Below are positions 27,349-36,966 of a DNA stretch of 39,229 nucleotides, piece after piece. The notes beneath the pieces are model-generated. The model saw only the letters and a list, made by a program, of their open reading frames with translations, was not told the origin of the DNA and did no database searches. Position 1 is the stretch's first letter, and each line of letters opens with the position of its first letter. The stretch lies in contig JBHLSH010000031.1 of the NCBI GenBank assembly GCA_048881705.1, positions 1 through 39,229 of the forward strand, in the 5' to 3' direction. This DNA comes from Candidatus Heimdallarchaeota archaeon (lineage in GTDB: Archaea; Asgardarchaeota; Heimdallarchaeia; Hodarchaeales; Hodarchaeaceae). Both the position numbers and the translations under genes were made by a program.

Positions 27349-28964
27349 CTAGCTATTTCCCTTTCTTTTTTATCAGCTGCCCAACCTAATAGATATGCCA
27401 TCCGATCTACAATCGGTTCAATACAGTCCAAACCCTGATGATTAGATAATTGAAGTTGTGTTCTCCGAAGCATGAAATCATTTAGTGTGACCGCTTGCTC
27501 GTTCCTCACAGCATTATCCACTTCAGCAAGAATATAGGGGCGATCACTTGAGATCCGGTCATCTAGCTCTGGGTTTTCCTTTATAAATTGACAAATTTGC
27601 TCGTAGTTTTCTCCATAACGCAGTAAATGTATCGCGATGTCTTGGGAAAGTCCATATCGGATTTTCATGTCTTCAACAGCAATAACTTTCCAGTTTTCCC
27701 AGTAACGGCGGCTGAGCGCGCTCCAACCATGAAGAGGTGTTTCATCTGTCATGCATTTCTCTTTTTTTCCAAAAAAATCTCCCAAACGATCAACAACATC
27801 TTTCGCCATTGCACGAAATGTAGTGAATTTGCCTCCGGTTATTGCAAAAAGATTGGATCGAGGAGCAAAAATCTCATGTTTTCGTGACACATCCGATTCA
27901 GATTTGGCATCTGGAGAAATAATAAGTGGCCTTAATCCGGAATAGGCACTAACTATGTCCTCTTTTGATAAGCTCCCTGGAAAAATAAAATTGATAGCGT
28001 CAACAATATAGTCAATTTCATCTTCCAAAACTGGTACGAAATCCAGATCACCCGTGTAATCAGTATCGGTTGTTCCTACCAGATTGAAATCTCCAAATGG
28101 GATCACGAAATTGACCCGTTTATCACGGATTGGAATAACGACTGCATATTCTCCATCATAGAATTTCTTTGTGATTAAATGGATACCCTTAGTGATTCTA
28201 ACCCTTGGAGGAGCGTTAGGATCAAGCATGTGTAAAATCTCATCGGTCCAATGTCCACATGCGATAACTACGGCTCTTGTTTTTATCGCGAATTTTTGAT
28301 CCTTGATTTTATCGTGTACATTAGCGCTAGTGATTTTATCTCCAGACTGATCGGTCTTAAACGAAACTACTTCGCAATAGTTGAGAACAGACGCGCCATG
28401 ATCTTGTGCCGATAAAATGACCTCTAAGGACAGACGGGCATCGTCCATCCGTCCGTCACCATAGATGCCTGCTCCTTGAAATTCTTCTTCTCGAATGGTT
28501 GGAATTAATCTTAGAGCCTTTTCGATCCCCAAGAATTTATGGAACATGTGATTTCGAAACCCAGCCAAAATATCATATAACCAAATGCCAATCTTGATTT
28601 TCCGCCGAGTTGACCATATATCTGAATGAAATGGAAAAAAGAATTTTAATGGAGATGTGACGTGCGGTGCCATTTCTAGTATCTTTCTGCGTTCTCTTGA
28701 TGCTTCTCTAACGAATCGAAACTCTTTTTGCGGCACGTATCTGAGTCCCGCATGTACAAGCTTTGATGACCCGCTACTTGTTCCTGATCCAAAATCTAAC
28801 TTTTCTGCCAATGCAACAGAATACCCTCGGAGTGCTGCATCCCTAGCAACTCCAGCTCCAGTGATTCCACCTCCCACTACCAGAATATCGAACTCCTGCG
28901 ATTGGAGGTTAGAAATCGTATCTTCTCGGTAATGAAGTACGCTTTTTTGGCTGCTTTGACCCAT
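27318..28964 (-). CDS. glpD: FAD-dependent glycerol-3-phosphate dehydrogenase (GlpD/GlpA family)
   Basis: VGGGITGAGVARDAALRG, DFGSGTSSGSSKL.HAGLRY, DARL, YSGLRPL and GGKFTTFR. ATG 28964 is preferred because the ORF-track start at 29024 overlaps tatD. Confidence 0.9.
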   Translation of the reverse strand: MGQSSQKSVLHYREDTISNLQSQEFDILVVGGGITGAGVARDAALRGYSVALAEKLDFGSGTSSGSSKLVHAGLRYVPQKEFRFVREASRERRKILEMAPHVTSPLKFFFPFHSDIWSTRRKIKIGIWLYDILAGFRNHMFHKFLGIEKALRLIPTIREEEFQGAGIYGDGRMDDARLSLEVILSAQDHGASVLNYCEVVSFKTDQSGDKITSANVHDKIKDQKFAIKTRAVVIACGHWTDEILHMLDPNAPPRVRITKGIHLITKKFYDGEYAVVIPIRDKRVNFVIPFGDFNLVGTTDTDYTGDLDFVPVLEDEIDYIVDAINFIFPGSLSKEDIVSAYSGLRPLIISPDAKSESDVSRKHEIFAPRSNLFAITGGKFTTFRAMAKDVVDRLGDFFGKKEKCMTDETPLHGWSALSRRYWENWKVIAVEDMKIRYGLSQDIAIHLLRYGENYEQICQFIKENPELDDRISSDRPYILAEVDNAVRNEQAVTLNDFMLRRTQLQLSNHQGLDCIEPIVDRMAYLLGWAADKKEREIASYKESLVWSP

Positions 28965-28998
28965 TAAGAGCACGATCCAGTAGATTCCGAGTCTATTA

Positions 28999-29751
28999 TT
29001 ATAACCGATAAAACTCTTTGGCATTTTTTGTGGTATGTCTTCTTACGTCTTCAAAGCTAGAATCCTTTAATTGGGCGACTTCTTGTATGGCATATCGGAT
29101 ATTTGCTGGTTGGTTACGTTCACCCTTTATGGGGCTCAAAAAGGGAGTATCCGTTTCAACCACAAGAGATTCCAGAGGAACCTTTCGAGCAATTCTTCGA
29201 TGTTTTTTCCGATTAACAACCGCAGTTGGTATTGAAAGTAACCATCCTGAGTCTAGGCATCTTTTAACATCATCTATTGTACCTGAAAAGCAGTGCATTA
29301 AAACAGGAACCGCTGCATGTTTTTCCAAAATATCGATGCAGTCAGTCTCAGCCTTCCTACTATGAATAACAAGGGGTTTTTGCCGTTCATTTGCAAGTTC
29401 AATAAACCTCTGGAAAACGAGCTGTTCCTTATTTTGCCAATAAGTATCCTTAATCCAATAGTAGTCCAAACCTACTTCTCCAATTGCTACAAGTGAGCTA
29501 TTATTCTTGATATGACTGTATGCAACATCAAAATCGATCGATTTGATGTGTGAGGGAGAGAATCCCAACGTTGAATATATGAATCCACCATGTTCGCGGG
29601 CCAAGTTATTCGCATAAGAATAGTGATCAGGTTCTATAGCAGAATTGATAACAGCCTGAAGACCTGCGGCTCTGGCACTTTGAACAAGTTCTTCGACGTT
29701 ATCCACAAAATCAGGAAGCAAATGGGCGTGAGCATCAATCATATCGTTCAC
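28999..29751 (-). CDS. tatD: TatD family deoxyribonuclease
   Basis: IDAHAH, AIGEVGLDY, IHSRKAE, MHCFSG and VETDTPFL. Confidence 0.93.
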   Translation of the reverse strand: MNDMIDAHAHLLPDFVDNVEELVQSARAAGLQAVINSAIEPDHYSYANNLAREHGGFIYSTLGFSPSHIKSIDFDVAYSHIKNNSSLVAIGEVGLDYYWIKDTYWQNKEQLVFQRFIELANERQKPLVIHSRKAETDCIDILEKHAAVPVLMHCFSGTIDDVKRCLDSGWLLSIPTAVVNRKKHRRIARKVPLESLVVETDTPFLSPIKGERNQPANIRYAIQEVAQLKDSSFEDVRRHTTKNAKEFYRL

Positions 29752-29940
29752 TTCAAAATTGATGGATAGTTACCGTTCGCTTTTTCCTTGAGTACTAGTA
29801 AATTGAATGAAGTGAGCTTCGTATCTCTGAAAAACCTTCAGACTGTAGCACCCCAAAATGCTTATCCTATCCTATCTCTGTTCCAATTAATAAGAATTGT
29901 CCGAACATAATTTCGTGATTTTACAAATGGAGACCTTGCG

Positions 29941-31113
29941 ATGAAGTTAATGGAGCTAATCATAAAGAATGATAAATTTCGATCAAACTGTCTCAATTTG
30001 ATAGCATCAGAGAATATTCTTAGCCCCCAGGTCAAGAAAGCTTTGTCTATCCAACATAGTCGGTACCATACAAATTTTTACGGTGGTTCCGATGTGTTCC
30101 AGGAGATCTATGCTCAGAGTCAAGAATTGGCTGAAAAGGTATTTCACTGTAAATCTGCAATCATTTCTCCCTTATCAGGAAATATGGCAGTTTTGGCGGT
30201 GATATTAGCTCATTCACATCCAGAAGACAAGATAGCAATTCTACCCTTGCACCCAGCAGGAGGATATCCTATAAATCTTGAATTTTTCGGAAGAAAGCGC
30301 ATCAATATCCCTTGGAGTCCAAAACAGTACAATATTGATCTGTCAAAAACCATAGAGATTCTTGAAGTCGAAAAACCTCCTCTAGTCTTTTTGGGGGCCT
30401 CTTTGTTTCTTTTTCCGCACCCAGTTAAGCCGATAGCGGATGTGGTACATGACTATGGTGGCCTTGTTGCCTATGATGGATCCCATGTTCTAGGATTGAT
30501 AGCTGGAGGGCAATTTCAAGATCCTTTAGCGGAAAATGCGGATTTATTGCTGGGATCGACTCACAAATCCTTTCCTGGCCCCCAAGGGGGTGTTATTCTT
30601 GCAAATGATTTCGCACTTGATAGTCTCAACGAGGTTATTGGATTAGACCCCTTGAAAGGCATCGTTTTGGTGGATAATGTTCACAATTCACGGATAGCTG
30701 CGCTTGGAGTTGCCTTGGAAGAATTTCAACAGTATGGATTTCAATACTCAAAGCAAACAATAGTAAATGCAAAAGCCTTTGCTCAAACCTTGGACGAACA
30801 TGAAATATCATTGCATGGGGAAGAGAAAGGATTCACCGAATCTCACCAAGTATTGATGCAAATAGAGGATTTTACGCAAGGGGCCAGGTACCGGGACATG
30901 CTTCTTAAGTATAAACTTGTAACAGATTCCGCGATGCGTTTTGGAACGGCTGAACTTACAAGACACGGATTCAAAGTGCCAGAAATGGAGATATTGGGGC
31001 GAATTATTTCTGAACTGATACACCATGCGTCAAGGGGCGAAGAACCAAGTGGCATTCAATTAAAGGAGATTGTTAATTCCATAAACAAGCTCATTCAACG
31101 TCAAACGTTATAA
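29941..31113 (+). CDS. Serine hydroxymethyltransferase-family PLP enzyme (divergent)
   Basis: NLIASEN, YDGSHVLGLIAGG, STHKSFPGPQGG (PLP Lys), ESHQV and MRFGT. Several SHMT-specific motifs are missing (see finding). Confidence 0.8.
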   Translation: MKLMELIIKNDKFRSNCLNLIASENILSPQVKKALSIQHSRYHTNFYGGSDVFQEIYAQSQELAEKVFHCKSAIISPLSGNMAVLAVILAHSHPEDKIAILPLHPAGGYPINLEFFGRKRINIPWSPKQYNIDLSKTIEILEVEKPPLVFLGASLFLFPHPVKPIADVVHDYGGLVAYDGSHVLGLIAGGQFQDPLAENADLLLGSTHKSFPGPQGGVILANDFALDSLNEVIGLDPLKGIVLVDNVHNSRIAALGVALEEFQQYGFQYSKQTIVNAKAFAQTLDEHEISLHGEEKGFTESHQVLMQIEDFTQGARYRDMLLKYKLVTDSAMRFGTAELTRHGFKVPEMEILGRIISELIHHASRGEEPSGIQLKEIVNSINKLIQRQTL

Positions 31114-31268
31114 ACTTTAGTAAGATAACCGAATTCATAGATCTCTTGCCAGAGGCACCTACACACTTACAAACTCGAGAAAAATCGCATATTTACGGAT
31201 TTTTTAGCTCGCTTCTGACATCTTTATCACTCGATACCTTTCATACAGAAAGAAGAAGGTAATTTAGC

Positions 31269-32273
31269 ATGGACGAACAGGAATTGAGGACTCTTATCCG
31301 CCAATACGCCACCAAAGCACGCATGGAACAAGGAGAAGCGATCTTAACAACTGTATTGAAGAATGTTATAGTTGAGAACCCAAACTTGAAAGCTGAGGTT
31401 CGCGGATCCATGAAGATAGTCAAAGAGGAGGTTCAAAAGGCCAATGCGATGGAAGATGACGAAATAGAATCGCTTGCAATTGAAGAAGGGGTTTCCTTAG
31501 CGGATGAATCGAGTGAGTACGAAATGTTGGAGGATATTGTAATTAAAAAACTCCAAGACGATGATGTCCTTAAAGGCCATCTCAAGGCCCTTATAATTTA
31601 TGGATCATACGCTAAGCGACTTCATGTGGTCGGAGAAAGCGATATTAATTTTGTAGTTATTCTAACGGCTGATAGTGGAGAAGACATAATTCAACGAGTT
31701 AATGAAATTGGAGAGGAAATTGTAACTCCCGAGGTTGCACACATTTTTGATCTGATGATTCTGAAGGAGGAAGATATTCCTCAACTTGACAAGTTTGGCG
31801 CGGCCTGGGGTCCCATCCATGTAATGTATGCCCAAGCGGGAGAGGTGAGAATTGGTTCAAACGTATTTGAAACCATCAAGATCTCCGACCAACAAGTAAA
31901 AGAATCGGCCAAAGAGATTTTACGAGACACTTTGGTTCAGATGGATGAAATCATTACCACGGCTAAAGAGGAAGGTCTCCCTGGGGGGGAATTGGACTTT
32001 TTAATAGGATCTTCTGTCATAGATATAATTTTTGCATTAGCATGCTATTCTACTGGAAAGAAAGCGGTGGAATTAGATCTCGTGAAACCAGATATCCATG
32101 AAACTGTTCAAGAAATTTGGGGTGAGGATTCGAAGTTTTCACCGTACTATCCCCTATTCGAGCAAGCTCATGCATTCAAACTGGGAATCAAACTTCCTGA
32201 TTCAGATCAATTCGTTGAAAAGAGTATCAAATTTATTGAGGCAATGGTTTTGCCTCTTATTAATGAAAAATGA
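31269..32273 (+). CDS. Fusion of an archaeal GluRS N-terminal-like domain, a Pol-beta-type nucleotidyltransferase domain and a helical C-terminal domain
   Basis: Residues ~1-75 resemble the archaeal GluRS N-terminus (IRQYA....GEA...V...V..NP.LK......IV.EEV.KAN). Then ALIIYGSYAK...ESDINFVVI and FDLMIL, followed by a helical tail. Confidence 0.65.
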   Translation: MDEQELRTLIRQYATKARMEQGEAILTTVLKNVIVENPNLKAEVRGSMKIVKEEVQKANAMEDDEIESLAIEEGVSLADESSEYEMLEDIVIKKLQDDDVLKGHLKALIIYGSYAKRLHVVGESDINFVVILTADSGEDIIQRVNEIGEEIVTPEVAHIFDLMILKEEDIPQLDKFGAAWGPIHVMYAQAGEVRIGSNVFETIKISDQQVKESAKEILRDTLVQMDEIITTAKEEGLPGGELDFLIGSSVIDIIFALACYSTGKKAVELDLVKPDIHETVQEIWGEDSKFSPYYPLFEQAHAFKLGIKLPDSDQFVEKSIKFIEAMVLPLINEK

Positions 32274-32283
32274 CAGGTTCTCT

Positions 32284-32859
32284 CTAGATTCCCCATTTTT
32301 CGATTAAAGGTTTTAGAAAACCAAATTTCGGTTTATAGTGCTCTAGTTCCTCCCGCGCATATGCTCCGAATTCATGAACTTGTTCATGATTAAGGAACTG
32401 TTTCTTACCATATGCATCTGCCTGAATTATCAAATCCATAAGATCCGCTACTCGAGCGAGATGGTATTCCTCGCTTTCAGTATCGAGAAGAATTTCCTCT
32501 AGAGTTCCCCTTATTGAAGACGGAAATTTTGATAGGAGACTATTAACCGCTCCCTCATGCAAAGCCAGCTGAATGCTTTCAAATTGCTTAGGGGAAAGAA
32601 TCCTAGAAACGCTTTTATCCATATCAAGCCACTCAGATTCATGAAAATCGTGAAGTAGCGATATTAAAACCGTTTTTTCCAAATTTAGTTGCTTTTTGGT
32701 TCGTTTTTGGTTTTCTTCTAAGCAAAAGAATAAAGCAAGAAAGGCTACTGACCAAGAATGCGCTGCAAGGGATTCAATAGAGCCAACGGGAACGCCAGCA
32801 CGTACCCAGCCTTGTCTGAGAAGCCTTTTCATCATAACCAAGTTTTCAAGGATATCCAT
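32284..32859 (-). CDS. HD-domain phosphohydrolase (YfbR/HDDC2-like 5'-deoxynucleotidase)
   Basis: LLRQGWV..GV...ES.AAHS, LLHDFHE and ADLMD. Confidence 0.85.
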   Translation of the reverse strand: MDILENLVMMKRLLRQGWVRAGVPVGSIESLAAHSWSVAFLALFFCLEENQKRTKKQLNLEKTVLISLLHDFHESEWLDMDKSVSRILSPKQFESIQLALHEGAVNSLLSKFPSSIRGTLEEILLDTESEEYHLARVADLMDLIIQADAYGKKQFLNHEQVHEFGAYAREELEHYKPKFGFLKPLIEKWGI

Positions 32860-32958
32860 GTCGATTACTTCTGTATCATTCTAGGAAGCATTTTTTTCCA
32901 TACTCCACCCCTAATCATCTCGGTTGGGGAAATGAATTGATTTTATTGATTTTTTTCA

Positions 32959-33249
32959 TTAAGCTTTGACATAAGCTTTTAGCCGTCTGGAGGAAATAGC
33001 TTTCTTTAGTATATTCTTTTCTTCCAGGTCATCTAACATGTTTTGAGCCACGGATACTCGAATGTCAAGTCGTGAGGCTATTTCGGGGGCAGTTACAACA
33101 AAGTTCTTTCGCTTTACAAAATCCTGCTCTAGTTGTGCAAGTTTTTCTTCATACTCCTTGCCAACAGACAAAGTGCGTTGATAGCTTGTATACTCGAAAA
33201 TTTTGCCCCAACGACGCTTTTTTTTCACTTTCTTATCTGTATATGCCAA
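32959..33249 (-). CDS. rps25e: 30S ribosomal protein S25e (eS25)
   Basis: KKKRRWGK, VTAPEIASRLDIRVSVAQNML..LE.K..L and AYVKA. TTG 33249, downstream of a GGTGG SD, is preferred over GTG 33261. Confidence 0.85.
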   Translation of the reverse strand: MAYTDKKVKKKRRWGKIFEYTSYQRTLSVGKEYEEKLAQLEQDFVKRKNFVVTAPEIASRLDIRVSVAQNMLDDLEEKNILKKAISSRRLKAYVKA

Positions 33250-33480
33250 ATTATTGTCCACCAGAATATTCAGAATATCCCCCAGTACATATAAGTACCG
33301 GTAGGTAGATTGTTTCTGCTTGGGCAGCCCGACTGCCTTCGATTAAAATAAATTTTGCTCTAGGAATTGGAAAGTTCATGGTTTTGGGGGCGGGGATCGA
33401 ACCAGTAGATCAGATTGAACCAACTCAATTCATCCGCATTCGGGCTCTTAGTAACAAGAAGAAGTGGTTTCAAGTTTTGT

Positions 33481-34359
33481 TTAGTCGATTAGGAGAAGTA
33501 ACTTGCCTAAACCTTCAATTACAAAAGCTAAAATCCCGAAAGAGATACAAGTTTTGAGTAGTCGCTTGCAACGCGTAGTATTTCTTACTATTTCTTCCTC
33601 GCTCCGTTTAAACAGGAGATATCCCACAAACAAGATGACCAAATCAATTCCCAACACAATCACAATAAAAATCGGAGAAGAATAATATCTAAGAAGGATT
33701 GGAAGGGGACTAATCATCATTAACAAAACTAAAAACGCGTACCCAAGATTTCGAGCGGCGGCGACCCCATACATAAGGGCGATGGATTTAACGTTCTCCA
33801 TTCTATCGCCACGGACGTCTTCTATATCTTTTATCACTTCTCGCCCAGCTATTAGGAGAAATGCAAAAAGAGCTGGAAAAATCATTGTTTCATAGCTTGC
33901 AGTTAAAAGGCCCCCAAAAATAAATGGAACTGCGGTCAGAATGCCAATCATGATATTTCCAAGGAATCCAGCGCGTTTAAAATAAGCTGCATACATGTAT
34001 AGCATCAGCCCGGCAGAAAAAGCAAGTAAGAATGCTGGAACATCAATCATCAAGGCCAATAGATTTCCGATAATAAACAGAATGATTGCATAGATCTTGG
34101 CTTGGTTCAAGGTCAGATAGCCAGAAGGCAAGGGCCGATGTGGCATGTTTATTTTGTCAATCTCGATATCAAAAACATCATTTATGGCATAACCCCCCAC
34201 TGCGACCAGGGATGTCGTAAGGTAACCCAATACAATTCCCCAAAGTTGATTTTGTGTAAGAGGATGAGAAATTGCCGCTATTGCCCCAATTACAACGGCA
34301 AAACCAGATAAAAAGGAGTTCAGAGGACGACTGATCTGAATAAGGCCTTTTAAAAGCAT
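33481..34359 (-). CDS. Geranylgeranylglyceryl-phosphate geranylgeranyltransferase (DGGGP synthase, UbiA family)
   Basis: SRPLN, INDVFDIEIDKINMPHRPLPSG, GFLGN and REVIKDIEDVRGD; multiple TM helices. Confidence 0.88.
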   Translation of the reverse strand: MLLKGLIQISRPLNSFLSGFAVVIGAIAAISHPLTQNQLWGIVLGYLTTSLVAVGGYAINDVFDIEIDKINMPHRPLPSGYLTLNQAKIYAIILFIIGNLLALMIDVPAFLLAFSAGLMLYMYAAYFKRAGFLGNIMIGILTAVPFIFGGLLTASYETMIFPALFAFLLIAGREVIKDIEDVRGDRMENVKSIALMYGVAAARNLGYAFLVLLMMISPLPILLRYYSSPIFIVIVLGIDLVILFVGYLLFKRSEEEIVRNTTRCKRLLKTCISFGILAFVIEGLGKLLLLID

Positions 34360-34387
34360 GTTTTTTTATTAAGAAGGAAATGAAATT

Positions 34388-35158
34388 TTAAGTTTGGGTT
34401 AGATAGAAATAGCTGAACCATCGTTTGAGGCCCAGTTTTCGATAGAGAGCGATGGCAGCAGCATTATCGGCCAGAACTTGGAGGTAAAGCGAGCGTATCG
34501 AGTGTTTAGAGGCCCAATTTACCGTATCAGTAACCAGAGCGGTTGCAAGTCCTTTTCTACGATAATGTGGTGCTACCACAAGATCCATAATTCCTAGGTA
34601 GCTTCGATCTACGACCCCAAAGATCACACCTGCCACTTGATCATCACCATGGGCAACCAGAAATTGTTTACGGGGAATAGTGATGCGATCCATAATTTCA
34701 CACATCTTCCCCAATTCATCCCTATCTCGATGGGTGGTTAATTCCATGAATGCTCTTGTCCACGCTTTCGTTCTCCTGCAGCTTGCGCTGAGCGTAAATA
34801 AAGGGGTTGTTCTTCCATCAGATCCGTTGAATGTTTGTAAATCAGTACCCATTACATCTACTCTGGGATCCTGCTTATATCCTTCCGATTTCAATACCTC
34901 GAATAGTCTCTCCGGAATAAACCCATCATGTAATTGCCATCGGGCAGGAAGATTATGACGCTTATATGCAAGTTCGACCAGTCTTATATCTCCCAAAAGA
35001 TCGTTCCCCCAATAGTTCAGTGGAAGAACTGAATTTGCCCTTCCTGTGGCACCCTCGTTGAATCTCAACACCCATCCATTCAACAAATAAAACTCTTTAG
35101 CTAGCCATGAGTTATTCGCAATTTCCTGCACTTTAATTATCCTGTCTTGAGACATCAT
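34388..35158 (-). CDS. GNAT family N-acetyltransferase
   Basis: WVLRF..G..GRANSV, VAPHYRRKGLA, LYLQV..DN..AI.LYRKLG. Confidence 0.85.
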   Translation of the reverse strand: MMSQDRIIKVQEIANNSWLAKEFYLLNGWVLRFNEGATGRANSVLPLNYWGNDLLGDIRLVELAYKRHNLPARWQLHDGFIPERLFEVLKSEGYKQDPRVDVMGTDLQTFNGSDGRTTPLFTLSASCRRTKAWTRAFMELTTHRDRDELGKMCEIMDRITIPRKQFLVAHGDDQVAGVIFGVVDRSYLGIMDLVVAPHYRRKGLATALVTDTVNWASKHSIRSLYLQVLADNAAAIALYRKLGLKRWFSYFYLTQT

Positions 35159-35325
35159 TGTCCTTCCATTCCCAATATCAAGTCAATAGCAGAACGTGCC
35201 AGCCCTAGAGATTTCGAAGAAATATGTTTATTTGTAATAATAGCCCAAACTGGGCAAGTTCGTGAAATTTAAATAAAAAAGGAGGCGAATTGGCAAGTTT
35301 TTGCTTGCCAATCTATTCGAAAAAA

Positions 35326-36216
35326 CTACTCTTCTGTCTTTTTTGGCTTTTCTTTTGGCAGTTCCTTTATACCATAGACTCCTACAGGCGGTAAACCGCC
35401 ACTACTTACTCCCTGGGTTCTTTGACCTGCGAATCCTGCAATCGGAATATTAGTGGGCACAAGCATAATGGTGGCCCCTCCTTCAGTGGCAGCCTCAAAT
35501 AAGAGATTGATCCATCTAAGTTCCATAGCATTAGGAGATTTGGCATACTGCTCTGCTGCTTCTATCATTCCTTTTGCCGCTTCCTTTTCAGCCTGTGATA
35601 GTGTAATACGAGCGCGACGTTCTCGTTCTGCCTCAGCTTGACGGCTGATAGCCTCTTGTAATCGTCCTGGAACAACTACGTCTCGTACCTCGACCGACAT
35701 GATCTTGACCCCCCATTCTTCGGTTTTTATATCTACTAATTCCTGCATATGTTCCGCAATCTTTTCACGCTCAGCGAGCAGTTCATCCAATTCAACTTGT
35801 CCAGTCACTTCTCTTAAGGTCGTTTGTGCAATCCATTGTGTCGCAGCTGCAAAATGTTCAACCTCTAAAATTGTTTTTTCGACATCTACAACGCGAAAAA
35901 ATAAAACAGCATCAATAGATACAGGTACATTGTCCCTAGTAAGGCTCTGTTCACTTCTGAAACTATAGGTTTGAATTCTGGTTGATACGATCTGCGGAAT
36001 CTTGTCTATGCCAGGCAAGATCCAAAACACTCCGGGCCCTTTGAGGCCGGTGTAACGGCCCAATCTGAGTACCGGCGCTCTTTCCCATTCCTTAACAATC
36101 CTGATTCCACTGAGGAGATAGATCCCAATCAAGATAACCGCGATGAATACGAAGATCTGCAATATGTCAGGTGGTAGGAATTGACCAAAAAAATCTACTA
36201 AACTCATGAACGTCAT
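35326..36216 (-). CDS. SPFH/stomatin (slipin) family membrane protein
   Basis: N-terminal TM helix; EWER..VLRLG, LTRDNVPVS.DAV, QTTLREV.G, WGVK...VEVRD and QAEAERERRA. Confidence 0.9.
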   Translation of the reverse strand: MTFMSLVDFFGQFLPPDILQIFVFIAVILIGIYLLSGIRIVKEWERAPVLRLGRYTGLKGPGVFWILPGIDKIPQIVSTRIQTYSFRSEQSLTRDNVPVSIDAVLFFRVVDVEKTILEVEHFAAATQWIAQTTLREVTGQVELDELLAEREKIAEHMQELVDIKTEEWGVKIMSVEVRDVVVPGRLQEAISRQAEAERERRARITLSQAEKEAAKGMIEAAEQYAKSPNAMELRWINLLFEAATEGGATIMLVPTNIPIAGFAGQRTQGVSSGGLPPVGVYGIKELPKEKPKKTEE

Positions 36217-36538
36217 TCTTCCATGTCAGTGATAAATTGAGGGGAGAGTATACCCCTTCAGATATTGAATAAATAATGGTGGTTAAAAAGTCTCGGTTCA
36301 AAGAACCTAACGGGGTTGGACAAGATGAACCTTACAGGGTTTCTTCTGGAAAGCTTCGAGTTGGAAAGGAAGAAGATTTTTAAGAAATCTTCCGGATCAA
36401 ATGGATGAAGCGAACAGAAGTAGTTCTAGTGTATCAGTTCGATCTGAAAAGCAGAAAAATTTCAAAAACTTGTCGGATAATTCATATCCATCTTTGAAAT
36501 CAATTTTGATACTCGGTGGTGTACAGAGGAATCGGTTA

Positions 36539-36952
36539 ATGTCATCAGAGAAAGTAATGATGGAATTCACGATTATTGGACAAGAAACGATCGGTAAAGC
36601 TACTCTTCAGCGGGAATTTGCCCCCCGCACGGTAGCACTAATTCGCTTTCGCTTGAAAAGTCCAATTCAATCGCGAGTCGTGGTACGAGAAGGGGAGGTG
36701 GCCTTCCCCTTTAAAATCGGACGGGTGTCACCTGAAAATGCGCATAAAACCCTAGCACGTGGTGATGTGGCGTACTGGCCGCAGAGTTCAGTACTCATCG
36801 TTTTTCTTAAGCAAAAAACGGTATCATATCCCGTCAATCTTGTTGGAAGGATTGATTCGGGCCATATGAACTTCTTTGACAAGCTGCACATAGGGACTTC
36901 CATAAGAATCGAGCGAATTCGACCTATGATAAACGAGGTTGATTATCTCTGA
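36539..36952 (+). CDS. Cyclophilin-like fold protein (DUF369/TM1367-like)
   Basis: APRTV, GEV.F, GDVAYWP....L.VF and VNLVGRI. ATG 36539 is preferred; the ORF-track extension from 36401 is low-information. Confidence 0.75.
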   Translation: MSSEKVMMEFTIIGQETIGKATLQREFAPRTVALIRFRLKSPIQSRVVVREGEVAFPFKIGRVSPENAHKTLARGDVAYWPQSSVLIVFLKQKTVSYPVNLVGRIDSGHMNFFDKLHIGTSIRIERIRPMINEVDYL

Positions 36953-36966
36953 TGAAGGCTATCTGT

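Noticed and set aside
33250-33379. 42-codon upstream ORF and a GGCAG/CTGCC hairpin in the rps25e leader
   Set aside because: A single 5-bp hairpin and a short ORF are expected by chance; there is no conservation evidence for autoregulation.
33380-33450. tRNA-like GGTTCGATCCCCGCCCCCA on the minus strand upstream of rps25e
   Set aside because: The T-stem does not pair (ACTGG versus CCCGC), and no D-arm, anticodon arm or matching acceptor 5' strand can be built.
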